Shown here in pieces: positions 10,950 through 23,802 of a stretch of 37,557 nucleotides of DNA. The notes beneath the pieces were generated by a model. The model saw only the letters and a list, made by a program, of their open reading frames with translations, was not told the origin of the DNA and made no database searches. Position 1 is the stretch's first letter; every line of letters begins with the position of its first letter. A program made the position numbers and the translations under genes. This DNA is from Malacoraja senta (Eukaryota): the NCBI GenBank assembly GCA_038087875.1, contig JAXLNO010000570.1, positions 1 through 37,557 of the forward strand, read 5' to 3'.

Positions 10950-11835
10950 ACCAAACCATGGTCGTGCTCACTGCAGATTGCAGGGATAGCACCAAATAAG
11001 CAGATTTCCTCATATGGAGATGGGAAGTATTTTGTGTTATGCTAATATTACATATAATTTGGCACGGATGACTGACGTCTTGAAGTTCAGTTTTATATGG
11101 GTCTTTGACAATCATTAAGTTATAGTGCCATTAACTGTGCCAAACGTGCCTTCTCATCATATTGACTGCGGGGAGCAGAGTCCACTCTGTCGGGTCTCAC
11201 CCTCTGATATCTAGATTATGAAGGGTATCTTCAACTCGAAACCTTCCAGGCCCAGGTACGCAGAGATATGGGATGTTAACACTGTGCTACGCCGCTTCGC
11301 CGGTGGGCTCCAGCTACATCCCTGTCCTTGGTCAAACTCACTTACAAAGTGGTTATGCTCGTGGCGCTGAGTTCAGCGCAACGGGTCCAGTCATTGCATA
11401 AGCTGTGACTGGACAGGATGATTACATCTGCAGGCAAAATAACATTTTATGTTTATGACTTAGTCAAGCAGAGTAGACCAGGGGCATCAGGTCTCAAACT
11501 AGATTTGTTGGCATATCCCATGGACCTTCGGTTGTGTGTGGTCACACATCTACACCAGTATGTTAAGGTCACTAAGAGCCTTAGAGACTCTGAACTAGCA
11601 ATGTTTGTTAGTTACATAAAGCCTCATAAGAAGGTATCAGTACAGACCATCTCCAGGTGGTTAAAACGGGTTCTGGCTTATACAGGAGTGAACACTGACA
11701 TTTTCAAGTCTCACTCCACCAGGGCTGCAACAACATCAGCAGCAGGGTTATGGACGTTTCGCGGGACCACATCCTAGCGGCTGCAGGATGGTCAAACGAA
11801 CGATCTTTCCAAATATTTTAGAACTAACCGATTGC
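10950..11835 (+). pseudogene. DIRS tyrosine recombinase remnant
   Basis: KLTYKVVMLVALSSAQRVQ (R), KSHSTRAA (HxxR), ILAAAGWS (W), then SFQIF* where the catalytic Tyr is expected. Confidence 0.88.
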
Positions 11836-12604
11836 CAGACCGGGGGTATTTGCCAACTCTATTTTAGGTTCTGTTTTATAGTTTCCTCCTGGTTGAGGGG
11901 GTGTTACTATTATCATTATTTGTTCATTAAAAAGCATCAACATATCTATATATATGTCATGTCTGAATGCATTATTAATGTTCACTCATCTTTGGTCAAC
12001 TGATGCAGTGTGTGACGCATGGACTCATTTCCACGGCATGAAATCACAGCTTTGAAATCTTCTCGTAGTCACTCACGTGACTCCGAAGTAAAATAGTAAG
12101 ATTAAACGAGAACCTACCAGTTTGAAGTTTGATCTTTATTTTATGAGTTACGTTGAGGGATTACGTGCCCTCCACTCCCAACCCTCTATCATAAAGGTCA
12201 GCTGGTATTCTAGTTTCTCTAATCTTACTGTATTCAGTTCAACAACTGTTATCTGTGATTTCACACCGCTGCTTTGAAGATTGACACGCATGCGGGCTGG
12301 CGGGTTCTTCACGTAATCCCTCTACGTAACTCCTCATAAAATAAAGATCAAACTTCAAACTGGTAAGTTCTCGTTTAATCTTACTATTTACTGTCACATG
12401 TACTGAGGTACAGTAAAAAGCTTTGTTTTGCATGCTATCCAAACAAATTAGATATGCATAAATAGATACAATCAGTTCTAAGTACAGTAGGTAGAGCAAT
12501 GTGGAAGATATAGAGTACAGAATATAGTTCTCAGCATTGTAGTTCTTGTCTTTAAGTAAAATATGCTGAAAATCTGAATTAGAAACAAGATACTGGAAAC
12601 AATT

Positions 12605-12734
12605 GTGTAGAAATGAACTGCAGATGCTGCTTTACACCAAAGGTAGACACAAAATGCTGGAGTAACTCAGCGGGACAGGCAGCATCTCTGGATAAGGAAT
12701 GGGTGACATTTTGGGTCGATACCCTCCTTCAAAC
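12605..12734 (-). mobile_element. Solo Penelope pLTR fragment
   Basis: GTGTAGAAATGAACTGCAGATGCTG...GCTGGAGTAACTCAGCGGGACAGGCAGCATCTCTGG; decayed hammerhead core at its 5' end. Confidence 0.7.
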
Positions 12735-13066
12735 CCATACTATCCATGTCTATACTGGAAACAATTAGGTCAGGTAACATCTGTGAAAATAGTAATTGTT
12801 ATTAGTATCAGGTCCTACACACTTTGTAAGAATGGCAAAAGAGAGAAAACATTTGTTTTCAGTAGCAAAGTGGAAGATAAGTGGGTAGAACTTCGATGGG
12901 AGAGACCAGATCAACTCTTTGGCCCATATTTGGACCAGGCTTGTAATTAGAGTAAAGAACAGAGTCAGGGCCCAAAACCCATCTGGTTATTGATGAGGAA
13001 GAGCCACTCAATGGCAATGTTAATGACATATTCTATCACTCTGCTGGTGACAAAGTGGACTGATCT

Positions 13067-13392
13067 TCATGTCCATAAGTTCCAGGAGCAGAATTAGATC
13101 ACCAACCCATCAAGTCTACTCCACCATTCAATCATGGCTAATCTATCTTTCCCTCTCAACTCCATTCTCCTGCCTTCGCCCCATAACCCCTGACACCCTT
13201 ACTAATCAAGAAGCTGTTGATATCCGCCATTGGCGGCCTCCACAGCCTTCTGCGACGGTGAATTCCACAGATTCACCATCCTGATTACAGAAATTCCTAT
13301 TCATCTCCCTTGTAAACGTACGTCCTTTTATTCTGATGCTGCGGCCTCTGGTCCTAGACTCTCCCACTAGTGGAAACATCCTCTTTACATTC
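13067..13392 (-). mobile_element. CR1 3' fragment
   Basis: Minus-strand RMFPLVGESRTRGRSIRIKG (CR1 ORF2 C-terminus) plus 3' UTR. Confidence 0.8.
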
Positions 13393-13920
13393 ATAGGGCC
13401 TTCATTTGCCCTATTGGATGCCTTGCTTTTTGTTAATGGGATATACGTATTGTTACATGTACTGAGGCACACTGAAAAGCTTTTTGTTGTGTGCTTCCTG
13501 TCAACATAAATACTAGACATGATTACAATCAAACCATAAAGGACAGGTTTATGTACAGTACAGATAAAGGATAACAATATACATAGATTCCAACACTGTG
13601 TTGCATTTGCTAGTTTAATTGCACAGCTAATTTTGGGGGACTATAGGGATATTATTTGAAGTTGGAATATTTAATGTTTGTATAATTTCCTACTGGCTTA
13701 TTCTCAAACATTACAAATGATGAACTGAGCAACAGCAGGGAGTGATCCATCATGGCATCCCATCACCCTTCAGCATTGGAGAAGATTAATTGCAGAGGTC
13801 AGTCACAATCAATTCAGAGTGTTGCAACTTCCCAAGAATGACAGCAGCCCATTTGTGCAAAGCCAGAGAATAAAGTGGACCAGTATTTTCACAACAGTCA
13901 TGGTTGGAGTTTTAACAATA

Positions 13921-13926
13921 TTTATT
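13921..13926 (-). terminator. Candidate UTP4 polyadenylation signal
   Basis: AATAAA on the minus strand about 118 nt after the UTP4 stop codon. Confidence 0.5.
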
Positions 13927-14043
13927 TATACAAAATATTTCAAGCTTGGAAATCCAATGCAACTTTTCGAGAAGAGTTCAGTCAGCAATTTCAATGAGTC
14001 TAAGGAAAGCAGATATATAATGCAAATCAGACCCAAGAGCCAA

Positions 14044-14160
14044 CTATGTGGCGAATTTCTTCTGTCGGACTGGGGCGGGCAGCTGTGCGTTGATGTCCAT
14101 CACAGGACGCTCCACCACCACCAGAGAGCCATCAAACAACAGCTCCACATGGAGCAACGG
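14044..14160 (-). CDS. UTP4: UTP4 last coding exon (117 nt)
   Basis: tgcag|PLLHVELLFDGSLVVVERPVMDINAQLPAPVRQKKFAT*; matches the cirhin C-terminus. Confidence 0.95.
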   Translation of the reverse strand, partial: PLLHVELLFDGSLVVVERPVMDINAQLPAPVRQKKFAT

Positions 14161-14539
14161 CTGCAGAGAGAGAGGGAAAGAGAGTGAAAGGATTGTGAAA
14201 TCTGATCAAACACATCCACAGCTACCCCACGAGAGAGCTTCCAAAGTGCGGTTTGGAAAGTAGTAAACTACTGAAAAAAAGTAGGGAGGGAAATAACACA
14301 GAATAATAAGCCTATTGGAATCTATTCATAAAATATATGGTCACTGTGCATTTAAAGAAAAGCATTACATGATTGAGCAGTAAGAGTTTCATGAAAGGAT
14401 ATAGTGTTCCAGAGATGGATAGGAGTTTTTAATGAGATGATGGGAAGATACTGAACAAACTGCAGGTGTGATATGCTGGGATTTTCAGATATCTTGAGCA
14501 GTGGGGGCAGGGGATTGGGGATAATTATATGATCATACG

Positions 14540-15440
14540 ACATAGAAGCAGAATTAGGCTATTCAGCCCATCACGTCTGCTCTACCATTAGATCATGGTT
14601 GATCTGTTTTTCCATTTGAATCCCATTTTGCTTTCTCCTCGTAACCTTTGACACCCTTACTAATCAATCTATCAATCTCCACTTTAAAAATGAAATACCT
14701 AATGAATTGGCCTCCACTACTGTCAGTGGTAATGAATCACCACCCTCAGGTTAGAAATATTCATCCTCGTCTACATTCTAAATGTACGTCCTTTTATTCT
14801 GAGGCTTTGCCCTCTGGTCCAAGACTCTCCCACCACTGGAAATACCTTCTCCACGTTCACTATTCGGTAGACCCCCCCCCCATCCTGCTAAACTCCAGCC
14901 AGTACAGGCCCAGAGTCATCAAGCACTACTCATATGTTAACCCAATCATCCCTGGGATCATTCACGTAAGCCTCCTCTGGACCCTCACATCCTTCCCCAG
15001 ATATGGGGCCCAAAACTGCACACAATATTCCAAATGTGGTCTGACCAGTGCCTGATAAAGTCTCAGCATTATATCCTTGCTATTATATTATAGTCCTCTC
15101 AAAATGAATACTAACATTGTATTTGCCTTCCTTACTACCAACTCAACCTGCAAATTAACTTTTTGGCAATCCTGCACCGGCACCCACAAGTCCATTTGTA
15201 CCTCTGATTTCTAAATCCTCTCCCCATTTAGAAAATAGCCTATATCTACATTTGCTAACTCAAATTTCACTGTACTTTAATTGGTACATGTGAAAATAAA
15301 GTCACCTTGAAACCTTGATCTATTCCTTCTACCAAAGTTCACTTTGCTATGCTGTATTCCATTTGCCACTTATTTGCAAATTCTCCCAACCTGTCCAAAT
15401 CCGTTTGCAGATTCACTGCTTCCACGTCACTACCTGCCCC
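14540..15440 (-). mobile_element. Degraded CR1 3' part in the last UTP4 intron
   Basis: Reverse of [16 protein letters not shown] at about 15000-15050; CR1 3' UTR at 14540-14650. Confidence 0.75.
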
Positions 15441-15472
15441 TCCACCCATCTTCCTATCATCCCAGATCTTAC

Positions 15473-15583
15473 CTTGAATTTCTTACAGATTTTGAATGCA
15501 TGCTCCTGGTTTTTCCGAGCATTTGCAGGCAAATGTTTCAGGAAGCTCTGGTTATGAAGCTGCAATCGGTCAGTGGGCAGGGG
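15473..15583 (-). CDS. UTP4: UTP4 coding exon (111 nt)
   Basis: ttccag|PLPTDRLQLHNQSFLKHLPANARKNQEHAFKICKKFK|gtaaga. Confidence 0.93.
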
Positions 15584-15842
15584 CTGGAAAGATTGACAGG
15601 AATTAATTCCAAACAAAAATGCGTCAAAGAAAGTCAGTCACTTAGCAACAAAAACAAATCCCGCAGACAGCGAGTATTGAGGTTTGGGGGATTGGGACAA
15701 GACTGTAGTGAGGCTGCCAAGGTTGCAGGGCAAGACATGGTAAACAAGTGTAGTTGCTACAAATGGAGGAGAATAGCAAACGGGGCTGTGGGATAACAGG
15801 GCAGCAAAGAGGCAGGGAGAATGTTCAGGCAGGGCCACTCAC

Positions 15843-16028
15843 CAGCGACTGGTCAATGATACAGAACATATATGTATCATGAAGGATGATGTGTGTGGGC
15901 ACTCCGGGGTTGAAGGTGACATGTATGATGGGGGTGTCCCGCTCCAGCCAGAGTGTGTGCAGACCCTGTTGCTGCAGTTTACGGCTCCACTCTGTGTATC
16001 TCTTCTCAACGATGCTGAACTCAAACAT
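15843..16028 (-). CDS. UTP4: UTP4 coding exon (186 nt)
   Basis: gtcag|MFEFSIVEKRYTEWSRKLQQQG...HDTYMFCIIDQSL|gtgagt. Confidence 0.95.
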
Positions 16029-16369
16029 CTGACAAGACAAAAGAAACAGACACTAAACATTGGAACAGATTGTCACACACAGACAAAGGTCAGTGTGCCC
16101 ACCATGCCTTGGATTGTGCATTCAGTTCCCTGCTTACACATCTATAGCATTTACCCACATCCCTTCAAAATCTTCCTCTGAATTCACTTCCACTGCCCTT
16201 TCAGGCAGTATGGTCCAGTTTACAACTCGCTGTATTGAAACACCGTTTTGTCAAATACATCACATCTTTAGATATAAACCTTTCTGCCACAATCCTTTGT
16301 GCCCGTTTATCAAACAGATTCTCAGCATGGAATACTTTGATCCCACTTTCTCTCAACAAATCTGCTGAG

Positions 16370-16975
16370 TTATAGAGCTGGGACAGTATGGAAACAGGCC
16401 CTTAGGTCCACCTTGGCCCATGCTAACCAAACTGGCACACTGAGCTTACCTACATTTGGCCCATATCCCTGTAAACCCTTCCTATCATATATCGGTCCAA
16501 AAGTATTTTAAAATCATAATGTATCTGCTTCTGCAGCATCCTCTGGCAGCTCATTCCAGATACAAACTACCCTCAGTGGAAAATCTTGCCCCATGAGGTT
16601 CTTCTTAAAACTCTACCACTCTCTTAACTCTAGAAACCTGTGCCCTCTAGTTTTAAAATTCCCTACCCTGGGGAAAGAAAGACTGTGAGCATCCACTTTA
16701 TCCACGCCTCTTATGATTTTGCTACCCTCAGCCTCCTACACTCCAAAGAAAAATGTCTCAGGCTCTCCCTACAACTCAAGCCCGCAAGCCCAGCTAACAT
16801 TCTCCAACCAGAGAGCAGTGCTGAACTATTATCTATCTCTTTGATGACCCTCGGACTATCCTTGATCAGACCTTGCTGGCTCTACCTTGCACTAAACGTT
16901 ATCATGTGTTAATACACTGTAAATGAATCTCTTCTGCATCTTTTCCAACTTGATGACCTCCTTACTGTAGCTGGG
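16370..16975 (-). mobile_element. Degraded CR1 3' fragment
   Basis: GGAAACAGGCCCTT 3' UTR and CCTCTGGCAGCTCATTCCAGA (reverse of WNELPE). Confidence 0.65.
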
Positions 16976-17292
16976 CTTCTAGGTGAACAACACCAGCTTC
17001 TTCAGCCTCCCCACAGAACCAAAGTCTTCCACGTGTGGGATAATTCTCAGAGCACTGACTCTGATGCTGACCCCTGGGGTCATCGCTGTGCTAAAATCAA
17101 TCACATTATGGTCAATCAATCAGCACTGCTCTGCTTTCTGACCATGTCAATTTGCAAGTCAGCGTTCCTCTTTACCCCAAGACCTTTAATGTAGGTAACA
17201 GATCCTCTACAGGAATCCCAGACTAGTCTACAGAAAGATCACAGATTGGACAATAGGCAGGCAGTATGAGCACCACTTCCGTCAGACCATAC

Positions 17293-17388
17293 CTGCTGAT
17301 CTGCATGTACAATGACCAGGTTGTTGGAGTGTGGATTGATGGCCATTGCAGTAGGGAGGTGGTTGTACACTGGAATAGTACAGTGATG
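17293..17388 (-). CDS. UTP4: UTP4 coding exon (96 nt)
   Basis: cacag|HHCTIPVYNHLPTAMAINPHSNNLVIVHADQQ|gtatgg. Confidence 0.94.
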
Positions 17389-18057
17389 CTGTGGGAAAGA
17401 ACAAAGCTCGTCACTGGATCTTGGCACACGTGAAATAATATACCAAAACATTACCAATTATCAAATCCAAATATCTCATTCTACCCATCACCTCAGCGTG
17501 TTTCCCATTCCCTACCCATCCTTTCCCCAATCATCTTCTCAAATCAGTCCCTCCCTCTATCCTGACACACACCATTTCTCCTCTCCAGTCTGCCATGTCC
17601 CTCCCACCGTCAGACGTTATTCAGGAGTTATACAACTATGTGGCTAGCAGGCATTAATTAAAAGGAGAACCTGTCTTGAAACAAAGTTATTCACAATTTA
17701 CCTTCCCCAGAGAAGTAACGGTCAGCAAAAATGGATCAGATTGTGTGGATGGTATAAGTACGGTCAGAATCCCTTGAAGCAGCAAACAGTTTGAATATTC
17801 TTTGTGTTTAAGATGTATAAAACATTACTGTGCTGTTAACTGTCAGGAGAGAAGTAGATTCTCCAGTCGGCCTGATTCACGTGTTGAATAGAGACCTGCG
17901 TTCACCAGCTTCCAGTCTCCAGTGACTCAGTGACAGAACCCACTATCCTCAGCTTCTTTCCTGCCCGGGTCAAGCCCTCCGCACCTCAACCCACCCTACC
18001 AACAAGCTCTGGCAACAGCTGCAACCCTTCCCCTCCCTGCAATCTCCTTTCCCTTAC

Positions 18058-18164
18058 CTTTAACTGTGTGAGGTTATAGACATTGATTTCACAGTTGCAA
18101 CTTGCAGCCGCCAGCCAGCTCCCATCTGCACTCACTGCCAAGAGACAGACAGGCTCAAGGCAAT
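18058..18164 (-). CDS. UTP4: UTP4 coding exon (107 nt)
   Basis: tgtag|(D)CLEPVCLLAVSADGSWLAAASCNCEINVYNLTQLK|gtaagg; WD40 strand. Confidence 0.94.
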
Positions 18165-18204
18165 CTACAGTACGAGAGGGATGAAAACAGACCATGTAGT
18201 GAAA

Positions 18205-18432
18205 AGAAGAAACAAGGAAGTGCAGATGCTGGTTAACAATAAGAGAAACAAAGTGCTGGAGTAACTCAATGGATCAGGCAGCATCTCTGAAGAACATGGA
18301 TAGGTGACATTTCCAACCAGGACTCTTCCTCAGACTAACTGTACTGAAGGGACCCAAGCTGAACCATCACCTATCCATGTTCTCCAGAGATGCTGCCTGA
18401 CCTACTGAATTAATCCAGCACTTTATCTATTT
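18205..18432. mobile_element. Foldback pair of Penelope pLTR fragments
   Basis: GCTGGAGTAACTCAATGGATCAGGCAGCATCTCTGAAGAACATGGATAGGTGA (about 18255-18307) is inverted at about 18367-18420. Confidence 0.75.
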
Positions 18433-18710
18433 TCCCCAAAGCTGGCCTCAGTAAAAGTTGGCCACCACTTTGCCCAAGCATACTCTCTTCCTCCCCCTCA
18501 CTCAAGAATAAAGAGCTTCCAAAGAGTGAGGCAGAATTCACAGGGACCATGCCACAAAGAGCCAGAACCCCACCCCCACCCATCCCCCAACAGATGGAAG
18601 AACAAGAGAGTTTCCCACTGTCACAATATAACCATATAACCATATAACAATTACAGCACGGAAACAGGCCATCTCGACCCTTCTAGTCCGTGCCGAACAC
18701 GTATTCTCCC

Positions 18711-21651
18711 CTAGTCCCATATACCTGCGCTCAGACCATAACCCTCCATTCCTTTCCCGTCCATATAACTATACAATTTATTTTTAAATGATAAAAACGA
18801 ACCTGCCTCCACCACCTTCACTGGAAGCTCATTCCAAACAGCCACCACTCTCTGAGTAAAGAAGTTCCCCCTCATGTTACCCCTAAACTTCTGTCCCTTA
18901 ATTCTCAAGTCATGTCCCCTTGTTTGAATCTTCCCTACTCTCAATGGGAAAAGCTTATCCACGTCAACTCTGTCTATCCCTCTCATCATTTTAAAGACCT
19001 CTATCAAGTCCCCCCTTAACCTTCTGCGCTCCAAAGAATAAAGCCCTAACTTGTTCAACCTTTCTCTGTAACTTAGTTGTTGAAACCCAGGCAACATTCT
19101 AGTAAATCTCCTCTGTACTCTCTCTATTTTGTTGACATCCTTCCTATAATTAGGCGACCAAAATTGTACACCATACTCCAGAATTGGCCTCACCAATGCC
19201 TTGTACAATTTTAACATTACATCCCAACTTCTATACTCAATGCTCTGATTTATAAAAGCCAGCACACCAAAAGCTTTCTTTACCACCCTATCTATATGAG
19301 ATTCCACTTTCAGGGAACTGTGCAGTTATTCCAAAATCCCTCTGTTCACCTGCATTCTTCAATTCCCTAACATTTACCATGTACGTCCTATTTTGATTTG
19401 TCCTGCCAAGATGTAGCACCTCACACTTATCAGCATTAAACTCCATCTGCCATCTTTCAGCCCACTCTTCCAACCGGCATAAATCTCTCTGTAGACTTTG
19501 AAAATCTACTTCATTATCCACAGCCCCACCTATCTTAGTATCATCTGCATACTTACTAATCCAATTTACCACACCATCATCCAGATCATTGATGTACATG
19601 ACAAACAACAGTGGACCCAACACAGATCCCTGTGGCACCCCACTAGTCACTGGCCTCCAACCTGACAAACAACCATCCACCATTACTCTCTGGCATCTCC
19701 CATTCAGCCACTGTTGAATCCATCTTGCTACTCCACCATTAATACCCAACCATTGAACCTTCTTAACCAACCTTCCGTGAGGAACCTTGACAAAGGCCTT
19801 ACTGAAGTCCATATATACAACATCCACGGCTTTACCCTCATCAATTTCCCGAGTAACCTCTTCAAAAAATTCAAGAAGATTAGTCAAACATGACCTTCCA
19901 GGCACAAATCCATGTTGACTGTTCCTAATCAGCCCGTTTATCCAGATGCTTATATATATTATCTCTAAGTATCCTTTCCATTAATTTGCCCACCACTGAC
20001 GTCAAACTAACAGGTCTATAATTGCTAGGTTTACTCTCAGACCCCTTTTTAAACAATGGAACAACATGCGCAGTACGCCAATCCTCCGGCACTATTGCCG
20101 TTTCCAATGACATTTGAAATATTTCTGTCATAGCCCCTGCTATTTCTACACTAACTTCCCTCAATGTCCTAGGGAATATCCTGTCCGGACCTGGAGACTT
20201 ATCCACTTTTATATTTCTCAAAAGTGTCAGTACTTCCTCTTCTTTGAATCTCATAGTTTCCATAGCTACTCTACTTGTTTCCCTTACCTCACATAATTCA
20301 ATATCCTTCTCCTTGGTGAATACCGAAGAAAAGAAATTGTTCAATATCTCCCCCATCTCTTTTGGCTCTGCAGATAGCTGTCCACTCTGACTCTCTAATG
20401 GACCAATTTTATCCCTCGTTATCCTTTTGCTATTAATATAGCTGTAGAAACCCTTTGGATTTACTTTCACCTTATTTGCCAAAGCAACCTCATATCTTCT
20501 TTTAGCTTTTCTAATTTCTTTCTTAAGACTCTTTTTACATTTTTTATACTCCTCAAGCACCTCATTTACTCCATGCTACCTATAATTATTGTAGATCTCT
20601 CTCTTTTTCCGAACTAAGTGTCCAATTTCCCTTGAAAACCATGGCTCTTTCCAATTTTTACTATTTCCTTTCAACCGAACAGGGACATAAAGATTCTGTA
20701 CTCTTAAAATTTCACCTTTAAATGTCCTCCATTTCTCTTCCACATCTTTCCCATAAAACAAACTGTCCCAATTTACTCCTTTTAAATCCTTTCGCATCTC
20801 CTCAAAGTTAGCCTTTCTCCAATCAAAAATCTCAACCCTAGGTCCAGTTCTGACCCTCTCCATAATTATATTGAAACTAATGGTATTGTGATCACTGGTC
20901 CCGAACTGTTCCCCAACGCATACCTCTGCCACCTGACCCGTCTCATTTCCTAACAGGAGGTCCAGCACCGCCCCTTCTCTAGTAGGTACTTCTATGTATT
21001 GCTGCTAAAACTATCCTGCACACATTTTACAAACTCCAACCCATCCAGCCCATTTACAGAATGTGTTTCCCAGTCTATGTGTGGAAAATTGAAATCTCCC
21101 ACAATCACTACCTTGTGCTTACTACTAATATCTGCAATCTCCTTACATATTTGCTCTTCCAATTCTCGCTCCCCATTTGGCGGTCTATAATACACCCCTA
21201 TGAGTGTTGCTACCCCTTTCCCATTTCTCAGTTCCACCCAAATAGCCTCCCTAGAAGAGCCCTCTAATCTATCCTGCCAAAGCACTGCTGTAATATCTTC
21301 CCTGATAAGCAATGCAACACCTCCACCTCTTGCCCCTCCAATTCTATCACACCTGAAGCAACGAAATCCTGGAATATTTAGTTTCCAATCACAGCCCTCC
21401 TGCAACCATGTTTCACTGATCGCCACAACATTATACTTCCAGGTGTCAATCCAGGCTTTAAGTTCATCCACCTTTCTTACAATGCTCCTAGCATTAAAAT
21501 ATACACATTTAAGAAACCCACCCTCTCTTATTCTCTGTTTATTGTCTTTTTCTTCTCTCTCCCCTACATTTTGGGTCAGAGTGCTTCCATTCTCTGCCTC
21601 CTGCCTCCCACACTGACTGCTAGCTTTCCCAATTTGAGTCCCTCCCCCCAA
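18711..21651 (-). pseudogene. CR1 ORF2 (AP endonuclease and reverse transcriptase) split by frameshifts
   Basis: YFNARSI, ISETWL, VGDFNFP, SDHN (APE); KSPGPD, NYRPVSLTS, DFSKAF, GVPQGSVLGP, YADD (RT); five successive ORF pieces. Confidence 0.92.
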
Positions 21652-21656
21652 CCATA

Positions 21657-22150
21657 CTAGTTTAAAGTCTCCCCAGTAGCCTTTGCAAATCTACCCGCCA
21701 GGATATTGGTCCCCCTCGAGTTCAAGTGCAACCCATCCTTTCTGTACAGGTCGCACCTTCCCCAAAAGAGGTCCCAATGATCCAGAAACTTGAATCCATA
21801 CCCACTGCACCAGTCCCTCATCCACTCATTTATCCTCCACCTCGCTCCATTCCTACTCTCACTGTCGCGTGGCACAGGCAGTAATCCTGAGATTGTTACC
21901 TTTGCAGTCCTTCTCCTTAACTCTCTACCTAACTCACTAACTTCTTCTTTCAGGACCTCTTCTCTTTTTTTACCTATGTCGTTGGTACCTATATGTACCA
22001 CAACCTCAGGCTCCTCCCTCCCATTTCAGGATTTCTTCGACACGTTCAGACACATCAGTGACCCTGGCACCAGGGAGGCAAACTACCATCCGGGTCTCCT
22101 GTCTGCGTCCACAGAAACGCCTCTCCGACCCCCTGACTATAGAGTCCCCT
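21657..22150 (-). CDS. CR1 ORF1 C-terminal SGNH/GDSL esterase domain (partial)
   Basis: IGDSIVRG at about 22150, VHIGTND and DGLHLN are SGNH blocks; directly upstream of ORF2. Confidence 0.85.
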
Positions 22151-22334
22151 ATTACAATACAACCCCTGACAATCAGCTACATGTGACTGAGAATCACAAT
22201 CTCCACACAATTACACCAAGAGGCAATGACAGCTGAAGCTTTACACTTCAATCACATTGTCTTAACTGCAAAGATAGACACTACATGCTGGAGTAACTCA
22301 GTGTGACAGGCAGCAGCCCTGGATAGAAGGAATG

Positions 22335-22369
22335 AGTCATGTTTCGGGTCGAGACCCTTCTTCAGACTG
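22335..22369 (-). ncRNA. Hammerhead ribozyme motif in Penelope pLTR (cleavage triplet mutated)
   Basis: Minus strand AGT-CTGAAGA-A-GGGTCTCGACCC-GAAAC-ATG-ACT; helix I AGT/ACT. Confidence 0.6.
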
Positions 22370-23387
22370 AATCAGTGGAGAGGGAGATAGAGATAAGGAA
22401 AGGTGAGGTGTGAAAACTAGACAAAGGGGATGTGGATCAAGGAAAATGTAGAATTGATCACTGTTAATTAGGATAAGGTAACAAAGCAAACATAGACAAA
22501 CGAGGACAGTCAGACCAGTCGCAGAACTGGGAGTGGGGTGGGGTGTAGAGCAGGAAGACAAAGGTTACTTGAAGTTAGAGAAGTCAATCTTCATACCGCT
22601 GGGGTGTAAACTGCCCACAAAATATGAGGTGTTGCTCCTCCAATTTGCATTTGGTCTCACTCTTAAAATGGAGGCGGCCCAGGACAGAGAGGTCAGTGTG
22701 GGAATGGGACAGGGGGGTTAAAGTGTTTAGCAACCGGGTGATCAGGTGGGTTTAGGCAGACTGAGCGGAGGTGTTCAGCGAAACGATCGCCAAGCCTGTG
22801 TTTGGTCTCACCGATATATAGGAGTCCACACCTGGAACAGTGGCATGGCCGTCCGATGGGGGGGGTGCGCGGGGGTGTGACCGCACCCCCCTTATTTTCC
22901 CCAGAGTAAGAAAAAATCCCCAGAATTTTTATTTTTTTTTAAAATCGGAGCACAATCAGCATTTCCACTTTGTGGGAAATCGCCCGAAATTCTGGTTCCG
23001 GCCACTGGGGGAGAAACAAATGCGCCAATCTGCGCCTGCACAGTTGGGGAAGCGACGCAAAATGACGGCATCTCTCTGCGCGTGCGCAGTGGGCCCGGGC
23101 GGGATCAGACGGCCGTTTGTGCTTCACCCATTGAGCTCGATGCCTCGCGTCTACTCCAGGTATGTAGTGCGGGTGGGGGGTGCGGTGCGGCGTCTGCCCG
23201 CCCGGTCCAGCGTTTCCATCCGCGGCGTCGGAGCCTCGCCAACGGCCAGTCAGGCGACCAGGAGACCGTCCTCCCGTCGCCAGGTGGGAGCGGCTGTAAC
23301 CCCAACACCAGACGCCGCTGCCCTTGCCTCCCACCGCCGCCAGGGCCAAGCTATCTTCCGCCCACGCCACCCCCGCCGACCCCAACT

Positions 23388-23802
23388 GACCCACGCAACC
23401 TTCATCTCCCCCCCCTCCCCCGCTGGGCCCATGCCACCTTCATCTCCCCCCCCCACTGGGCCCATGCCACCTTCATCTCTCCCCCCCCCCGCTGGAACCA
23501 CGCCACCTTCATCTCACCCCCCGCTGGTCCCACGCCCTTCATCTCCCCCCCCCTGTTGGACCCACGCCACCTTCATCTTCGCCCCCCCCGCTGGGCCCAC
23601 GCCACCTTCATCTCCCCCCCCCCACTGGAACCACGCCACCTTCATCTTCACCCCCCCCCGCTGGGCCCACGCCACCTTCATCTCCCCCCCCCCCCCCCGC
23701 TGGACCCACGACACCATCTTCGCCCCCCCCCCGCTGGGCCCACAGCACCTTCATCTTCCCCCCCCACTGGACCCACGCCACCTTCATCTTCGCCCCCCCG
23801 CC
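23388..23802 (+). repeat. C-rich minisatellite of about 30 bp, roughly 13 copies
   Basis: Unit (C)nGCTGGGCCCACGCCACCTTCATCT with a variable C tract. Confidence 0.9.

Larger units (their letters stand above)
7721..12389 (+). mobile_element. DIRS1-like tyrosine-recombinase retrotransposon, both termini present, ORFs decayed
   Basis: Left ITR 7721-7780; right ITR 12282-12315 plus extension to 12389; ICR 12058-12167 complementary to both ends; gag-like, RT, RNase H, MT and YR remnants in order; TTT termini and no TSD. Confidence 0.92.
18626..22153 (-). mobile_element. Near-complete CR1 LINE, 5'-truncated within ORF1
   Basis: 3' 8-mer tail (GTTATATG)n at about 18626-18648; ORF2 APE and RT; ORF1 esterase; possible ACAATA target duplication. 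Confidence 0.95.
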
